From an uncultured delta proteobacterium (GTDB lineage: Bacteria > Desulfobacterota > Binatia > Bin18): a stretch of 64,000 nucleotides of DNA. The position numbers and the translations under genes were made by a program. The notes below the pieces were generated by a model, which did not search any database, was not told where the DNA came from, and saw only the letters and a program-made list of their open reading frames with translations. The DNA lies in contig CAVTCR010000008.1 in NCBI GenBank assembly GCA_963733195.1, forward strand, positions 35,031-99,030, written 5' to 3'. Of this stretch, positions 34,169 through 45,537 are shown piece after piece. How positions within the stretch are numbered: the first letter of the stretch is position 1; every line of letters begins with the position of its first letter.

Positions 34169-35012
34169 ATGCAGCACGGAGAATGACGCAGACGCTCAGG
34201 GGCAACCTCATTGTCGTTTTATTCACGTATCTTTTTGTGATCTTTCCGGCATAGCTGGGGCTCAGGACCCGACGATGGATATCGTCAAGAAAATGAAGGA
34301 AGCCTTCGAACCGGTGAAGCCCAGTACCCGCAGGGTAGTGCTCACGGTCAACTCCGAGGGAGAAACGGTAAAGTTCGTTATGGCTAAGGCGCGCAAACAA
34401 TTCCCCGACGGCAAGCGGATGGTCGTTGTTTTGTTACAACCGACGGATCTGAAAGGCAACAACTATCTGGTGATGGAGCCGACGGATACGAGTAAGCCTA
34501 GCTCTGTGTGGGCGTGGATGCTTTTTGCGTCGTCTCCGTGCCTTTACCCCTGTCGATGCCTATGAGCATTACATGGGGAGCGACTTTACCTTTGCGGATT
34601 TGGGTTTCGTCCGTCTCCACCCGAACTACAAGTTGCTTGGTGAAGAAGCACACGGAGGAAAACAGACGTACAAGATCGAGGAGACCGTGCCGAAGAACGG
34701 GTCTATTACTCTCGGGTCGTCACTTGGGTGGACAAAGCGACCTTGCTACCGGTGCAGCGGGACTACCACGACCCTGCAGGGACGTTGTGGAAGACCGAGA
34801 CGTTTGAGATCACCGTTATTGACGGCATGCCAACACCGACCCGCATTGAGATGAAGGACCTGCAAGCGAAGACCAGTAGCGTGCAACAAATCGATAACGT
34901 CAGCTATACTGTGGATCTTCCCGATGCACTTTTTGATCCTATGAAGCTGCCGATAGCGACTGATTCGCCGGTCTGGCAGTCACTCGCTGCTAAACCAGCC
35001 GCTGGGAAATAA
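34169..35012 (+). CDS. outer-membrane lipoprotein-sorting (LolA-like) protein
   Basis: QPTDLKGNNYL, YMGSDFTFADL, RIEMKDL, LPDALFDP; frameshifted. Confidence 0.75.
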
Positions 35013-35226
35013 TCAGCTCATTAGTGTCGAACTTGGGCAGCTGCGTTCATCGCCGTAATCCTCAGCGTCCTGGCCCGGGCCAAGACGCTCAACCTTCCTT
35101 CATAGGCGGACAGAACAGAATACGGAGTTACTGTGGCTATCCGGTTTTAGTTACCTTTCCGGACTCTTAGAATCTTTCCTTTGTTGGACTCAACTGACTC
35201 TGCACTATTCTCCAGCCTTCCACCTC

Positions 35227-35270
35227 CCTAACGGTAAATCTGAACCAAAATCTGAACGATATCCTGAACG
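35227..35270. promoter_or_regulatory. phased direct repeats (12 bp period)
   Basis: CTGAAC at 35240, 35252 and 35264, plus CCTAAC at 35227. Confidence 0.45.
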
Positions 35271-35313
35271 CTACCGCTATTCCTGAGTCGATGCCAAGGG
35301 TATTTTATCCTTG

Positions 35314-35432
35314 AGGAGTACGTCCACATGATGGGACAGTTCGCCTACCTCTGGGCATGGCCAATGGTTAATAACATCGACAAGAACCTGAAGTACAACG
35401 ACGACGGCTCGATGGACATTTACATCCAATAG
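35314..35432 (+). pseudogene. collapsed DUF1254/DUF1214 gene remnant
   Basis: EEYVHMMGQFAYLWAWPMVNN joined directly to IDKNLKYNDDGSMDIYIQ*. Confidence 0.6.
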
Positions 35433-35506
35433 GAGACACTGGCCAACGGATAAGAATTGGTTAAGGGGGGGTATTTTCTGGTTAGCAAGGGAGAAAAGTG
35501 GGCCAT

Positions 35507-38500
35507 ATGGTGGAGGATCACGAGATTCTCTTTGCACCGTTTCGGTTGGACTGCGACAACCTGCAACTGTGGCGGGGGGAGCAGCCGCTCGCCTTACAAC
35601 CCAAGCCGTTGGCCGTGTTGCAGTATCTGGCGCAGCACGCCGGGCGGTTAATCTCCAAAGAGGAGCTCCTGCAGCAGGTGTGGGTGGGCACGCATGTCAC
35701 GCCCAAGGCATTGACGGTCTGTATCCATGCGATTCGGGCCATTTTAGGCGACTCAGAAGCGACCCCGCAGTTTATCGAAACCCAAGGGAAGCAGGGGTAT
35801 CGATTCATTGCCCTCGCTCCGCACAGTAGTCAGTAGTCAGTTCTCAGTTCCCAGTCCCGAGAAGGCAGGGGCGGCACAACGGGACTCCAGCAACTGACAC
35901 CTGGCAACGGGCAACTGACGACTCACCTGGTAGGGCGGGAGCAAGAGCTCGCCCAACTACAGGAATGGTACGCGGCGGCCTGTGCCGGTACCTGTACCCT
36001 CGGCTTTGTCAGCGGCGAGGCGGGCATTGGCAAAACAGCCCTGGTGAACCAATTTGTGGCCAGCCTGCGAACGCTGGGGCAGCCATGGCTCGGGGTCGGG
36101 CAAGGTGTTCAGCACCACGGCACCGGCGAAGCCTATCTGCCGGTGATGGCTGTGTTAAGTCAGTTCGCGCGCGGGGCTGAACAGGGAGAGGTAAGAGCCG
36201 TCCTGCAGCAGCATGCGCCCAACTGGCTGGGGCGATTACCCGCTCTGTGGCAAGAAGGCGAGAACAATCCTCCGACCGATCTGCTCCCATTGGTTACCCC
36301 ACAACGGCTGCTGTGGGAGCTCGGCGAGGCCTTCCGCGTGATGACGGACCGCAGACCGATCGTCCTGGTGTTCGACGATTTGCAGTGGAGCGATACGGCG
36401 ACGGTGGACTGGTTAGCCTACCTGGCCCGCTGGCAGGAGCCCCTGCGGCTGCTCATTATTGGCACGTATCGACCCGCGGACATCATCGCCAGTGGCCATC
36501 CCCTGCACGCCCTCACCCAAGAGCTGCGGGGCAAAGGGCAGAGTGCCGAGCTACGGCTCGAACTGTTAAACAGGCAACAGGTGCACGACTACTGCACGCA
36601 GCGGTTTCCCGGGAGTGCGCTGCCATCACGCTTGCTCATGCTGCTCTATCGGCGCACCGATGGTCATCCGCTCTTCCTGGTCAGGCTGCTGGAGTATCTG
36701 GTCCAGCAAGGGTTCCTGATCCACACGGAGGGACAATGGCAGTTGATAAAGCCAGTTGCTGAACTTGAGGGAGCAATACCGCACGAGTTGCAGGGGATGA
36801 TTGCGCAGCAGGTCCAGCAGTTGAGTGTGGAAGAGCAACGTGTCTTGGACGTCGCCAGTGTGGTGGGCGACGCCTTCGCGTCTGAGGTGGTGGCAGCGGG
36901 GGTAGGTCTCTCGGCAGAGCAGGTAGAAACGATTTGTGATGAGTTGGTGCGGAAGCAGCAAGTGATTGAGGGGAGAGGAATGCAAGAGTGGCCCGATGGG
37001 ACATTTGCGATAGGCTATGGGTTTCAGCACGCATTCTTTCGGGATGTGGTGTATCGGCGGCTGGGGGAGGGGCGACGGATTCGGTTACACCGCGCGATTG
37101 CGGACCGGCTCGAAGTGGGCTACGGAGTCCGTGTGGCCGAGGTCGCAGGCGAGTTAGCCGCGCACTGTACGCAAGGACGCGATTACCGTAAGGGCGCCAA
37201 GTATCACGCATGCGCCGCAGACAACGCCTTGCGGCTGAGCGCCTATAACGAGGCCATCACTCACTGTCGGCACGGGCTCGAGCTGCTCAACACACTACCG
37301 ACACCCCCGAGCGCACCCGGCACGAACTCGCTATCCGCATGTCCCTCCATATGGCGCTGCGGCGCTGTTCATGGCTACTAAGGGTTCACAGCCGAAGTCG
37401 AAGAGAACCTCACGCCAAGCGCAAGAGCTGGCCCGCAAGGTGAACGATGAGCAGGCGCTCGTCTCGGTCGTGTGGTGGCCCTGGGGCGTTGTATCTACGT
37501 TGCGAGCTGACCGTGCCGGAGCGCTGCGGATAGCGGAGGAGGACGCTCGCCTGGTGGCGCAAGTGTGCGCGATCCGGCGCTCGCGATCCAACTGCATACG
37601 CAACTGGGGACGATTCACACCTTCGTGCGCTGGAATATGCCCAAGCCACGTGCGCATCATGACGCAGAGCGCTGGCTCTTCTATGACGACCGCAGGAGCA
37701 CCGAATCCACTGCATTTTCTCTTCGGGCTGTGGACCCTCTCGTGATCGTGCACTCGTCTCTTCAGCCTGGGTCTTGTGGCTGTCTGGTTGGCCGGACCAG
37801 AGCCTGGAACAGCAGCAACAGCAGGCGCTCGTGGCTCGCGTCGCGCAGCGAGTGGACTCACCTTCTCTAGCGTTACGCGTGTATGCACGCTGCGACTTCG
37901 CTGACGCTGCTGCGGGGCGAGCCTCGCCGAGGCGCGGCAACTGCTGCCCAGGAGCGACCGCCGAGCGCAGAGCATAGCGTCTCTCGACCTGCACGGATCG
38001 CGATGGGAATGGTTGTGCAAGGTTGTCTCGCCGTGCGAGGGCGGAGCGCTGGTCGAAACAGGCATCAATACCCTGAAGAAAGCGATTCGCCGAGACTACC
38101 AGTGCGCACCGGCGGAGGCCCAAAGTACCTCCTTACTATGTTTCCTTCTTTTCTGGCTGAGGCGTATGGTCAAGCGGTGCGGCAAGATCGCGGAAGCGCT
38201 CGCTACGCATCGGCGGAAGCGCTCAGGTTAAGCGAGACCAATCTCGAGAGTGTTACTGGGAAGCGGAGTTGTATCGGCTCAAAGGGGAGCTTACGCTCGC
38301 ACAGTCCCAGCGTCCAGAGTCTCAGCGTCCAAGCGTCAAGACGAAAGTCAAAACGGGCAGCAAAGGACAAAGGTCAAAAATCAGAAATTGCCAACCCCCA
38401 ATCCCTAACCCCTAACCCCCAAGCCGAAGCCGAAGCGTGTTTCTTGAAGGCCATTGAGATTGCCCGCCGGCAGGAGGCAAAATCGCTGGAGCTACGGGCG

Positions 38501-38648
38501 GTGATCAGCCTGGCGCGGCTGTGGCAGACGTCAAGGCAAGCAGGACGAAGCTCACCATGAGTTAGCCGAGATTTACCACTGGTTCACCGAAGGGTTCGAC
38601 ACGCAGGACTTGCAAGCCGCAAAGGCCCTCCTCGACGAACTTGGGTGA
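35507..38648 (+). CDS. OmpR-type wHTH + STAND AAA ATPase + TPR transcriptional regulator, copy 1 (many indels)
   Basis: FAPFRLD..LQPKPLAVLQYL, GEAGIGKT, LVFDDLQWSD, KSLELRA..WFTEGFDTQDL. Confidence 0.85.
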
Positions 38649-38756
38649 GTCAAGACCAAACAGAAACATCAGGGCCATCAAATTGTGGTTGTAGCGCTGT
38701 TCGCAGACTGAAGACCATTACGTCCATTTTGTGTATGCACGCCCCTTTTCTCTTTC

Positions 38757-40060
38757 CTAACCTCGCAGTGTACGCTCCCGCAGTGAATCATAGATGGGGG
38801 CGTCGCGTAGCAGGATCGGAACGAGCATAGCCGCGAAACATGCGCTGAGCATCGGCAAAAGCAATGTGAAGCTTGCCGTCATCTCTGTAACCAAGATGAT
38901 ACCGGTAACGGGGGCTCGCACGACGGCGGTGAAAAACGCCGCCATGCCAACCACGCCGAGCGCCGTTGGATGTTGAACCACGTTGGGAAACCATCGGGAA
39001 CAGAGAATGCCAAAGAGAAGACCGCTCTGAGACCCAGGACAAGCATGGGCGCGAACAATCCACCCGGCGTTCCCGCTGCATAAGATAAGGGCCCAAGTCC
39101 GAAACGGAGGAGAAAAACAACCGACAACATGGCGACGGACTCTGCACCGCCGAGCGTGCGCTGCGTGATCGCGTCACCACCACCGACCAGGCCGGGGGCC
39201 AACCATGCCAGCAAACTCACTATGATGCCGATCAGCGCGGCGCGCAGTTCCACCGGCCAGTGACGGAGTCGGTCCGCGGCCGAAGTGTACCTAGGATCGT
39301 CCGGTTGTACGCAACCCCAAGACAGCCGACAACAACGCCCAGCGCCAGATGGACAGGCACCGTTCCAAAGCTCGGGTAGGGCAGCGCTTCTACATGGAAG
39401 TCCGGCGCATCACCGAGGAGCACACGCGCCACCGCGATCGCGCCCGCCGATCCGCCTAGCGTCACGATAGTGATTCGCGTATCAAACCGGCGCACTAATT
39501 CTTCCAGCACGAAAACGGCGCCAGCGATAGGGGCGTTGAATGCCGTTGCAAGACCGGCGCCCGCACCGGCAGCCACCAGCGCCTTGCAGTCATCCTCGTT
39601 GCGGCGGAAGACCTTCCCCAATAGATTTGCAACACTCGCTCCCATCTGGACACTGGGTCCTTCGCGACCGAGCGCGAGGCCAGAGCCGATGGCGAGCAGG
39701 CCGCCAAAGAACTTGACCGGTATGAGGCGGTACGGCGCCTGCGGCAGCCACCGCTCACGACCGCCTCGACATGCGGAATACCGCTCCCGGATGCGTGGGG
39801 TGAGTATCGGCGAACGAGCCAGGCCGCAACGGCGACCGAGGCGGCAGAAGCAGTGGTAACGAGGAGCAAGCCTGCAACCTTCCCGCCGTGCGCCCAGTAA
39901 TCAGCGCGTCGCGCAAGTGGTCCGCCTGATTGAGTGAAAGACGGAAGACCGCCCCCACCAGACCCGCTGCCACCCCCACGAGGAGCGCTAAGAGCGCTAG
40001 CGTAAGCAGGCCGCCTTGTCCTGCTGCTGGTTCGGCGGTGAACTCAAGTTTAAGATTCAT
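38757..40060 (-). CDS. clcA: ClC-family H+/Cl- exchange transporter
   Basis: GSGIPHVE, GREGPSVQMG, AFNAPIAG, TPGGLFAP, VVRAPVTG, PIYDSL. Confidence 0.88.
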
Positions 40061-40112
40061 TGACTCCACATCCACAATTTGATGGCCACGATGTTCCTGT
40101 TTGGTCTTGACT

Positions 40113-43100
40113 AACCCAAGTTCGTCGAGGAGGGCCTTTGCGTCTCGCAAGTCCTGGGTGTCGAACCCTTCGGTGAACCAAGTGTAAATCTCGGATAACA
40201 CGTGGCGTGCTTCGTGTTGCTTTCCCTGTGCTGCCAGAGACGCGCTAGACTCATTACTGCCCGTAGCTCCAACGATTTCGCCTCTTGTCTGCGGGCAATC
40301 TCAAGCGCCTTCAAGAAACACGCTTCGGCCTCTCTAGGGGGGGTAGGGAGTGGGGATTGGGAGTCGGTATTTTATGACTTTTGACTTCGGACCTTGGACC
40401 TTGACTTTTGTTTCGACTTGCCTTGATGGCTCTGGACCTGGACGCTGAGACTGTGAAGCGTCAGCTCCCTTCAGCCGATACAGCTCGGCTTCCCAATACA
40501 CTTCGAGACTGGTTTCGCTTAGCGTGAGCGCTTCCGCGATCGTAGCGAACGCTTCCTCGCTCTTACCACACCGTGACAACCCCTCAGCCAGAAAAGAAAG
40601 AAAAACTGAGAGGAGACTTCGGGCGCTGGTCGCACGGTAGTCCGGCAATGCTTTCTTCAGGGTATTGATGCCTGTTTCGAAGTCTCCACTTCGCACGGCA
40701 ATACAACCATGCACAAGCATTCCCATCGCGTGTACATCGAAGAACCATACTGCGTTGCGAGATGGGTGCTCTGGTCAACAGTTGGCGGGCCTCTCGAGGT
40801 CGCCCCGCAGCAGCGCCAGGAACGCGGCGGTGATGAGCATAAATGCTGGAGAGTATCCCTCTAGCTGTGCGGCGCGAGCCACGAGGTTGTGTTGTTGCCG
40901 CTGGCTCTGGTCTGGCCAGCCAGCCAACCAGAGACCCAGGTTGGAGACCGAGTACATGATTATGAGAGGGTCCACGCCTGAAGAGAAACTCAGTGCTTCG
41001 CCCCCTGCAGTCGCATAGAAGGGTCAGCACCTGCGTCTGATGCGCACGTGCTTGGGCATATTCCGCGCAGAAAGTGTGAATCGTCCCGAGTTGCATATGC
41101 AGTAGGATCGCGAGCGCCGGATCACGCACCTGCTCAACCAGGCGGGCGTCCTCCTCCGCTATGCGCAGTGCTCCGGCACGGTCAGAGCGCGTAACGTATA
41201 CCCGCCCCAGGGCAACCACCACCGAGACGAGCGCCTGCTCATCATTCACCTTGCGAGCCAGCTCTTGCGCTTGCCTGAGGTTCTCTTCGACTTCCTGTGC
41301 CCCTGGCCACGAACAGCGCCCAGCGCCCTATGGAGGGACATGCGGAGGGCGAGTTCCTGTCGGTCGCGCTCCAGGGTCGCAGGCAAGTGCGCCAGCAGTC
41401 CTAATCCCTGCTGACAGTGAGTGAGGGCTTCGTGATAGGCGCTCAACCGCAGGGCGTTGTCCGCAGCGTGCAGATGATACTTGGCGCCCTTGTGGTAGTC
41501 GCGTCCCTGAGTACAGTGTACAGCGAACTTACTCGCTATCTCCCCACACGCTCCCCGTACCCCGCTTCGAGCCGTTCCGCAACGGCGCGATGCAACTGCA
41601 GGCGCTGCCTGTCCCCCACTGCTGATACAGCACGTCCCGAAAGAGCGCGTGCTGAAAGCTGTAGCTGGCCGTACATGTCCCATCGGGCCACTCTTCAACC
41701 CCTCCCCTCGATCACTTGCTCCTTGCGTACCAACGCGTCACACTCCGCTTCGACTTGCTCGGCTCGCAAGGGGCCACCCCAGCCGCCACCACCTCCGACG
41801 CGAAGGCGTCGCCCACCACACTGGCGACGTCTAAGACACGTTGCTCGTCCACACTCAACTGCTCTACCTGCTGCGCAATCATCCCCTGCAACTCGTGCGG
41901 CAGTGCTCCCTCCAGCTCGGGAGACGGGCTTGGCTAACTCCCATCGCTCCTCTGTAAAAGTGAGAAACCCTTGCTGGACCAGATACTCCAGCAGCCGGAC
42001 CAGGAAGAGCGGATGGCCATCGGTGCGTCGGTGGAGCAGTGTGATCACGCGCGGTGGCAGCACACTCCCGGGAAACCGCCGCGTACAGTAGTCGTGCACC
42101 TGCGGTTTGCTTAACAGTTCGAGCCGCAGCTCTACACTCTGCCCTTTGCCCCTCAGCTCTTGAATGACGGCGTGCAGGGGATGGCCACTGGCGATCACAT
42201 CCGCGGGGCGATACGTGCCAATCATCAGCAGCCGCAGGGGCTCCTGCCAGCGGGCCAGGTAGGCTAACCACTCCACGGTCGCCGTATCGCTCCAGTGCAA
42301 ATCGTCGAACACCAGGACGATCGGTCGCCGTTCCGTCAACACACGGAAGGCCTCGCCCAGCTCCCACATCAACCGTTGGCGGGGTGAGCGACCGGCAGCG
42401 GGCGCGGCCGGGGAGTGCGCTTCTCCCCGTCCTGCCGCAGAGCGGGTAATCGCACGAGCCAGTTGGGCGCATAGTGCTGCAGGACGGCTCGCACCTCTCC
42501 CTGTTCGGCCCCGCGCGCGAACTGACTTAACACAGCCATCACCGGCAGATAGGCTTCGCCGGTGCCGTGGTGCTGAACACCTTGCCCGACCCCGATCCAT
42601 GGCTGTCCCTTCGTTCGCAGGCTGGCCACAAATTGGTTCACCAAAGCTGTTTTGCCAATGCCGGCCTCGCCGCTGACAAAGCCGAGCGTACAGGTGCCAG
42701 CGCAGGCCGCCGCGTACCATTCCTGCAATTGGGCGAGCTCTTTCTCCCGCCCCACAAGGTGAGGGGTCAGTTGCCCGTTGCCAGTTGCCAGTTGCTCAGC
42801 AGGAGCCTCCAGCGGTTGTTACTGCTCCTGCCTTATCCGTACTGGAAACTGAGATACTGACTACTGACAACTGTGGAGTGGAGGCGAGGGGGGCAATGAA
42901 CCGATACCCTTGTTTCCCTTGGGTCTCGATAAACTGCGGGGTAGCTTCTGAGTCTCCCTAAAGTGGCCCGAATCGCATGAATACAGACGGTCAACGCCTT
43001 GGGCGTTACCTGCGTGCCCGCCCACACCTTCTGCAAGAGCTCCTCTTTGGAGATTAATCGCCCGGCGTGCTGCGCCAAATACTGCAACACGGCCAACGGC

Positions 43101-43198
43101 TTGGGCTGTAAGGCGAGCGGCTGCTCCCCCCGCCACAGTCGCTGGTTGTCGCAGTCCAACCGAAACGGCGCAAAGAGAATCTCGTGATCCCCCACCAT
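40113..43198 (-). CDS. wHTH + STAND AAA ATPase + TPR regulator, copy 2 (inverted paralog; no stop before clcA in this read)
   Basis: Same motifs as copy 1; ORF 39755-40201 runs from WFTEGFDTQDL into the ClC N-terminus. Confidence 0.85.
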
Positions 43199-43219
43199 AT
43201 GGCTCGCTTTCCCCCTCCG

Positions 43220-43281
43220 TAACCAAAAAATAAACCAAATCCTAACCAAATCCTATCCGTTGCCCCGTGTCTCCTAACCAA
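43220..43281. promoter_or_regulatory. phased (T)AACCA direct repeats, candidate wHTH operator
   Basis: AACCA at 43221, 43233, 43244 and 43276 (spacing 12, 11, 32); TGGTTA at 35458 and 35479 before copy 1. Confidence 0.55.
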
Positions 43282-43356
43282 GCGTTCTTGTATTAGTTCT
43301 GCCAACGAAAGGCAAGGCAAGTCTGCAGGGATAGGGAAAAATGAAAAGAAAGAACA

Positions 43357-43553
43357 ATGGGCACGGCACGAGATCAACCATCTTTACCGACCCAGCGCGC
43401 ATTCGTCGTACAACTGCATGTCGAGAGCAAGATCGCGAAAGGCCAGTTCAAAGGGCGGGTGGAACATATCGTGTCGGGAAATCGGCTCACTTCTCCACTA
43501 TGAAGGCGCTCAAGGCGTTTATGCAACGCGTGTTGGCGGAAGCAGACTCCTAA
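43357..43553 (+). CDS. small hypothetical protein (~65 aa) divergent from the STAND regulator
   Basis: PSLPTQRAFVVQL...GRVEHIVSG..HFSTMKALKAFMQRVL (one indel); paralog at 53402. Confidence 0.75.
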
Positions 43554-43617
43554 CTCTGTGGGCATGTGTAAGCAGCAAAACCATTTCTCCATCGCAGGAG
43601 AGGAAGGAGGAAGAACA

Positions 43618-43944
43618 ATGATGACGTTACGTCTAGTCCTGAACAAAAGGATAAGTAGAGCCACCCTGATGGTGCTTGCGTGCTCAATATTGTTAACCCC
43701 GACATACGCCGTTTCTGCCGAACGAGACGGGGCGGTGATCTATTTCACTTTTGAGGACCTGAAACAGATGTTTTCTCACTCCTCACCCCCCTCACTCCGG
43801 CAAGTATTTCCCAGCTTCTCCTGGCGAGATCAGCGAGAGCAGCCCGGCCAGCAGAGGCCCATTGAACGAAACTATCGGTGGGGCAACGGTCGAGGGTTCG
43901 ACAGCTCTACACGTCCCGGGACCCGTCCGTTGTGGGGGTACTAA
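43618..43944 (+). CDS. hypothetical secreted protein
   Basis: Strong RBS and signal-peptide-like N-terminus. Confidence 0.4.
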   Translation: MMTLRLVLNKRISRATLMVLACSILLTPTYAVSAERDGAVIYFTFEDLKQMFSHSSPPSLRQVFPSFSWRDQREQPGQQRPIERNYRWGNGRGFDSSTRPGTRPLWGY

Positions 43945-44115
43945 AGAGTCACATATATAAGAAAGGAAGAAAATGAAATGGAATTATTTGAATAATTAAT
44001 TGAGTTCGGCCTGTAAACTGTGGCGTGCCTGCAATGTTTACGGTTGCCCGCTGAAGCGCCTGTGGCGGCAGACAGGCGAAGCGAAGCAATCTTGGTTTGA
44101 AAAGGAAGTACCGTA

Positions 44116-45336
44116 ATGAACTCACGAACTGTTTCTCTCCTCGGCTGTCTGGCAGTGATAATCAGCATTGTCTCGTCTCTCTACGCGGCAGACCGGCAGC
44201 TCACTACCCTGCACGCAACAAACCGCACTGTCGGTAAAGTACGCGCAGACCTGAGCACCGAGCGCCAATCCCCTCTGACAGTCAAGCGTGAGCAGCCTCC
44301 CGGCATGGTGTGGATTCCCGGCGGTGAGTTCACCATGGGCACGGACGAAGAGGAATCCTACCACGCGAGCGCCCGGCGCATCGCGTCCAGGTAACCGGAT
44401 TCTGGATGGATGAACATGAAGTCACCAACGCCGAGTTCCGCACGTTCGTTGAGGCCACCGGCTACGTAACCACAGCCGAACGCCCGACCGAGTGGGAGGA
44501 CCTCAAGAAACAACTCCCGCCTGGCACGCCGAAGCCAACCGAGGCGATGCTAGTGCCCGGGGCGCTGGTGTTTACGCCGCCCGCACAGCCTGTCTCCCTG
44601 CAGGATGTTGCGCGCCTGGTGGGTCTGGACGCCCGGCGCGAACTGGCGTCACCCCCAAGGTCCTGGCAGTACTCTCGACGGCCATTGGGACTATCCGGTC
44701 GTGCATGTGTCGTGGGAAGACGCAGCCGCGTACGCGCAATGGGCCGGCAAACGGCTGCCCACGGAGGCTGAGTGGGAATTCGCCGCCCGCGGCGGGCTGG
44801 ACCACAAACGCTTCTCCTGGGGGGATGAGTTACAGCCCAAATGAGAAATGGATGGCGAACACTTTCCAAGGTCACTTCCCGGACCACGATACCGGCGAAG
44901 ACGGCCATATCGGCGCACGCCTCGGTAAAGAGTTTCCCGCCCAATGGCTACGGTTTGTACGACATGATCGGCAACGTCTGGGAATGGACGGCGATTGGTA
45001 TGCTGCGGACTTATATGGGCAACAGGCAAAGAGCGGCGTGGTGCATAACCCCCAGGGTCCTGATCGCCCGCACGATCCAAGCGAGCCCCTTGCGCCCAAA
45101 CGCGTCACCAAGGGCGGCTCGTTCTGTGCAGTTCCAGGTACTGCGTCAACTACCGACCAAGTGCGCGGCGCGGTCTTACATTCGACACCGGCATGTCGCA
45201 CGTGGGCTTTCGTTGCGTGCTGACGCCGCCAACCCAACCCGCTGTGAGGGGAGCAAAGAAGGTGAACAGTAGCCACCCGTGCGGGGGTCTCCAGACCCCG
45301 CACAGAAAGAGACCTGCGGTTAGACATATCACATGA
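44116..45336 (+). CDS. formylglycine-generating enzyme family protein, copy 2
   Basis: [36 protein letters not shown]; frameshifted. Confidence 0.88.
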
Positions 45337-45537
45337 CTCTGACACTCACTGATGACATGAAGATGTCACCCGAGCATAGCGAAGAATACGGTATTCAGAT
45401 AATCGCTGTCGCTGCGGTGACGCGCGGTCTACCAATCTCGTGTCGTTCGATTAGAGTTGCGTGGCGCGATCAGAAGACCAGCGCCGCGCCGGATAACAAC
45501 ATAGGCAAACACGACTAGCAAGGAAAGGAGAAGGAGA

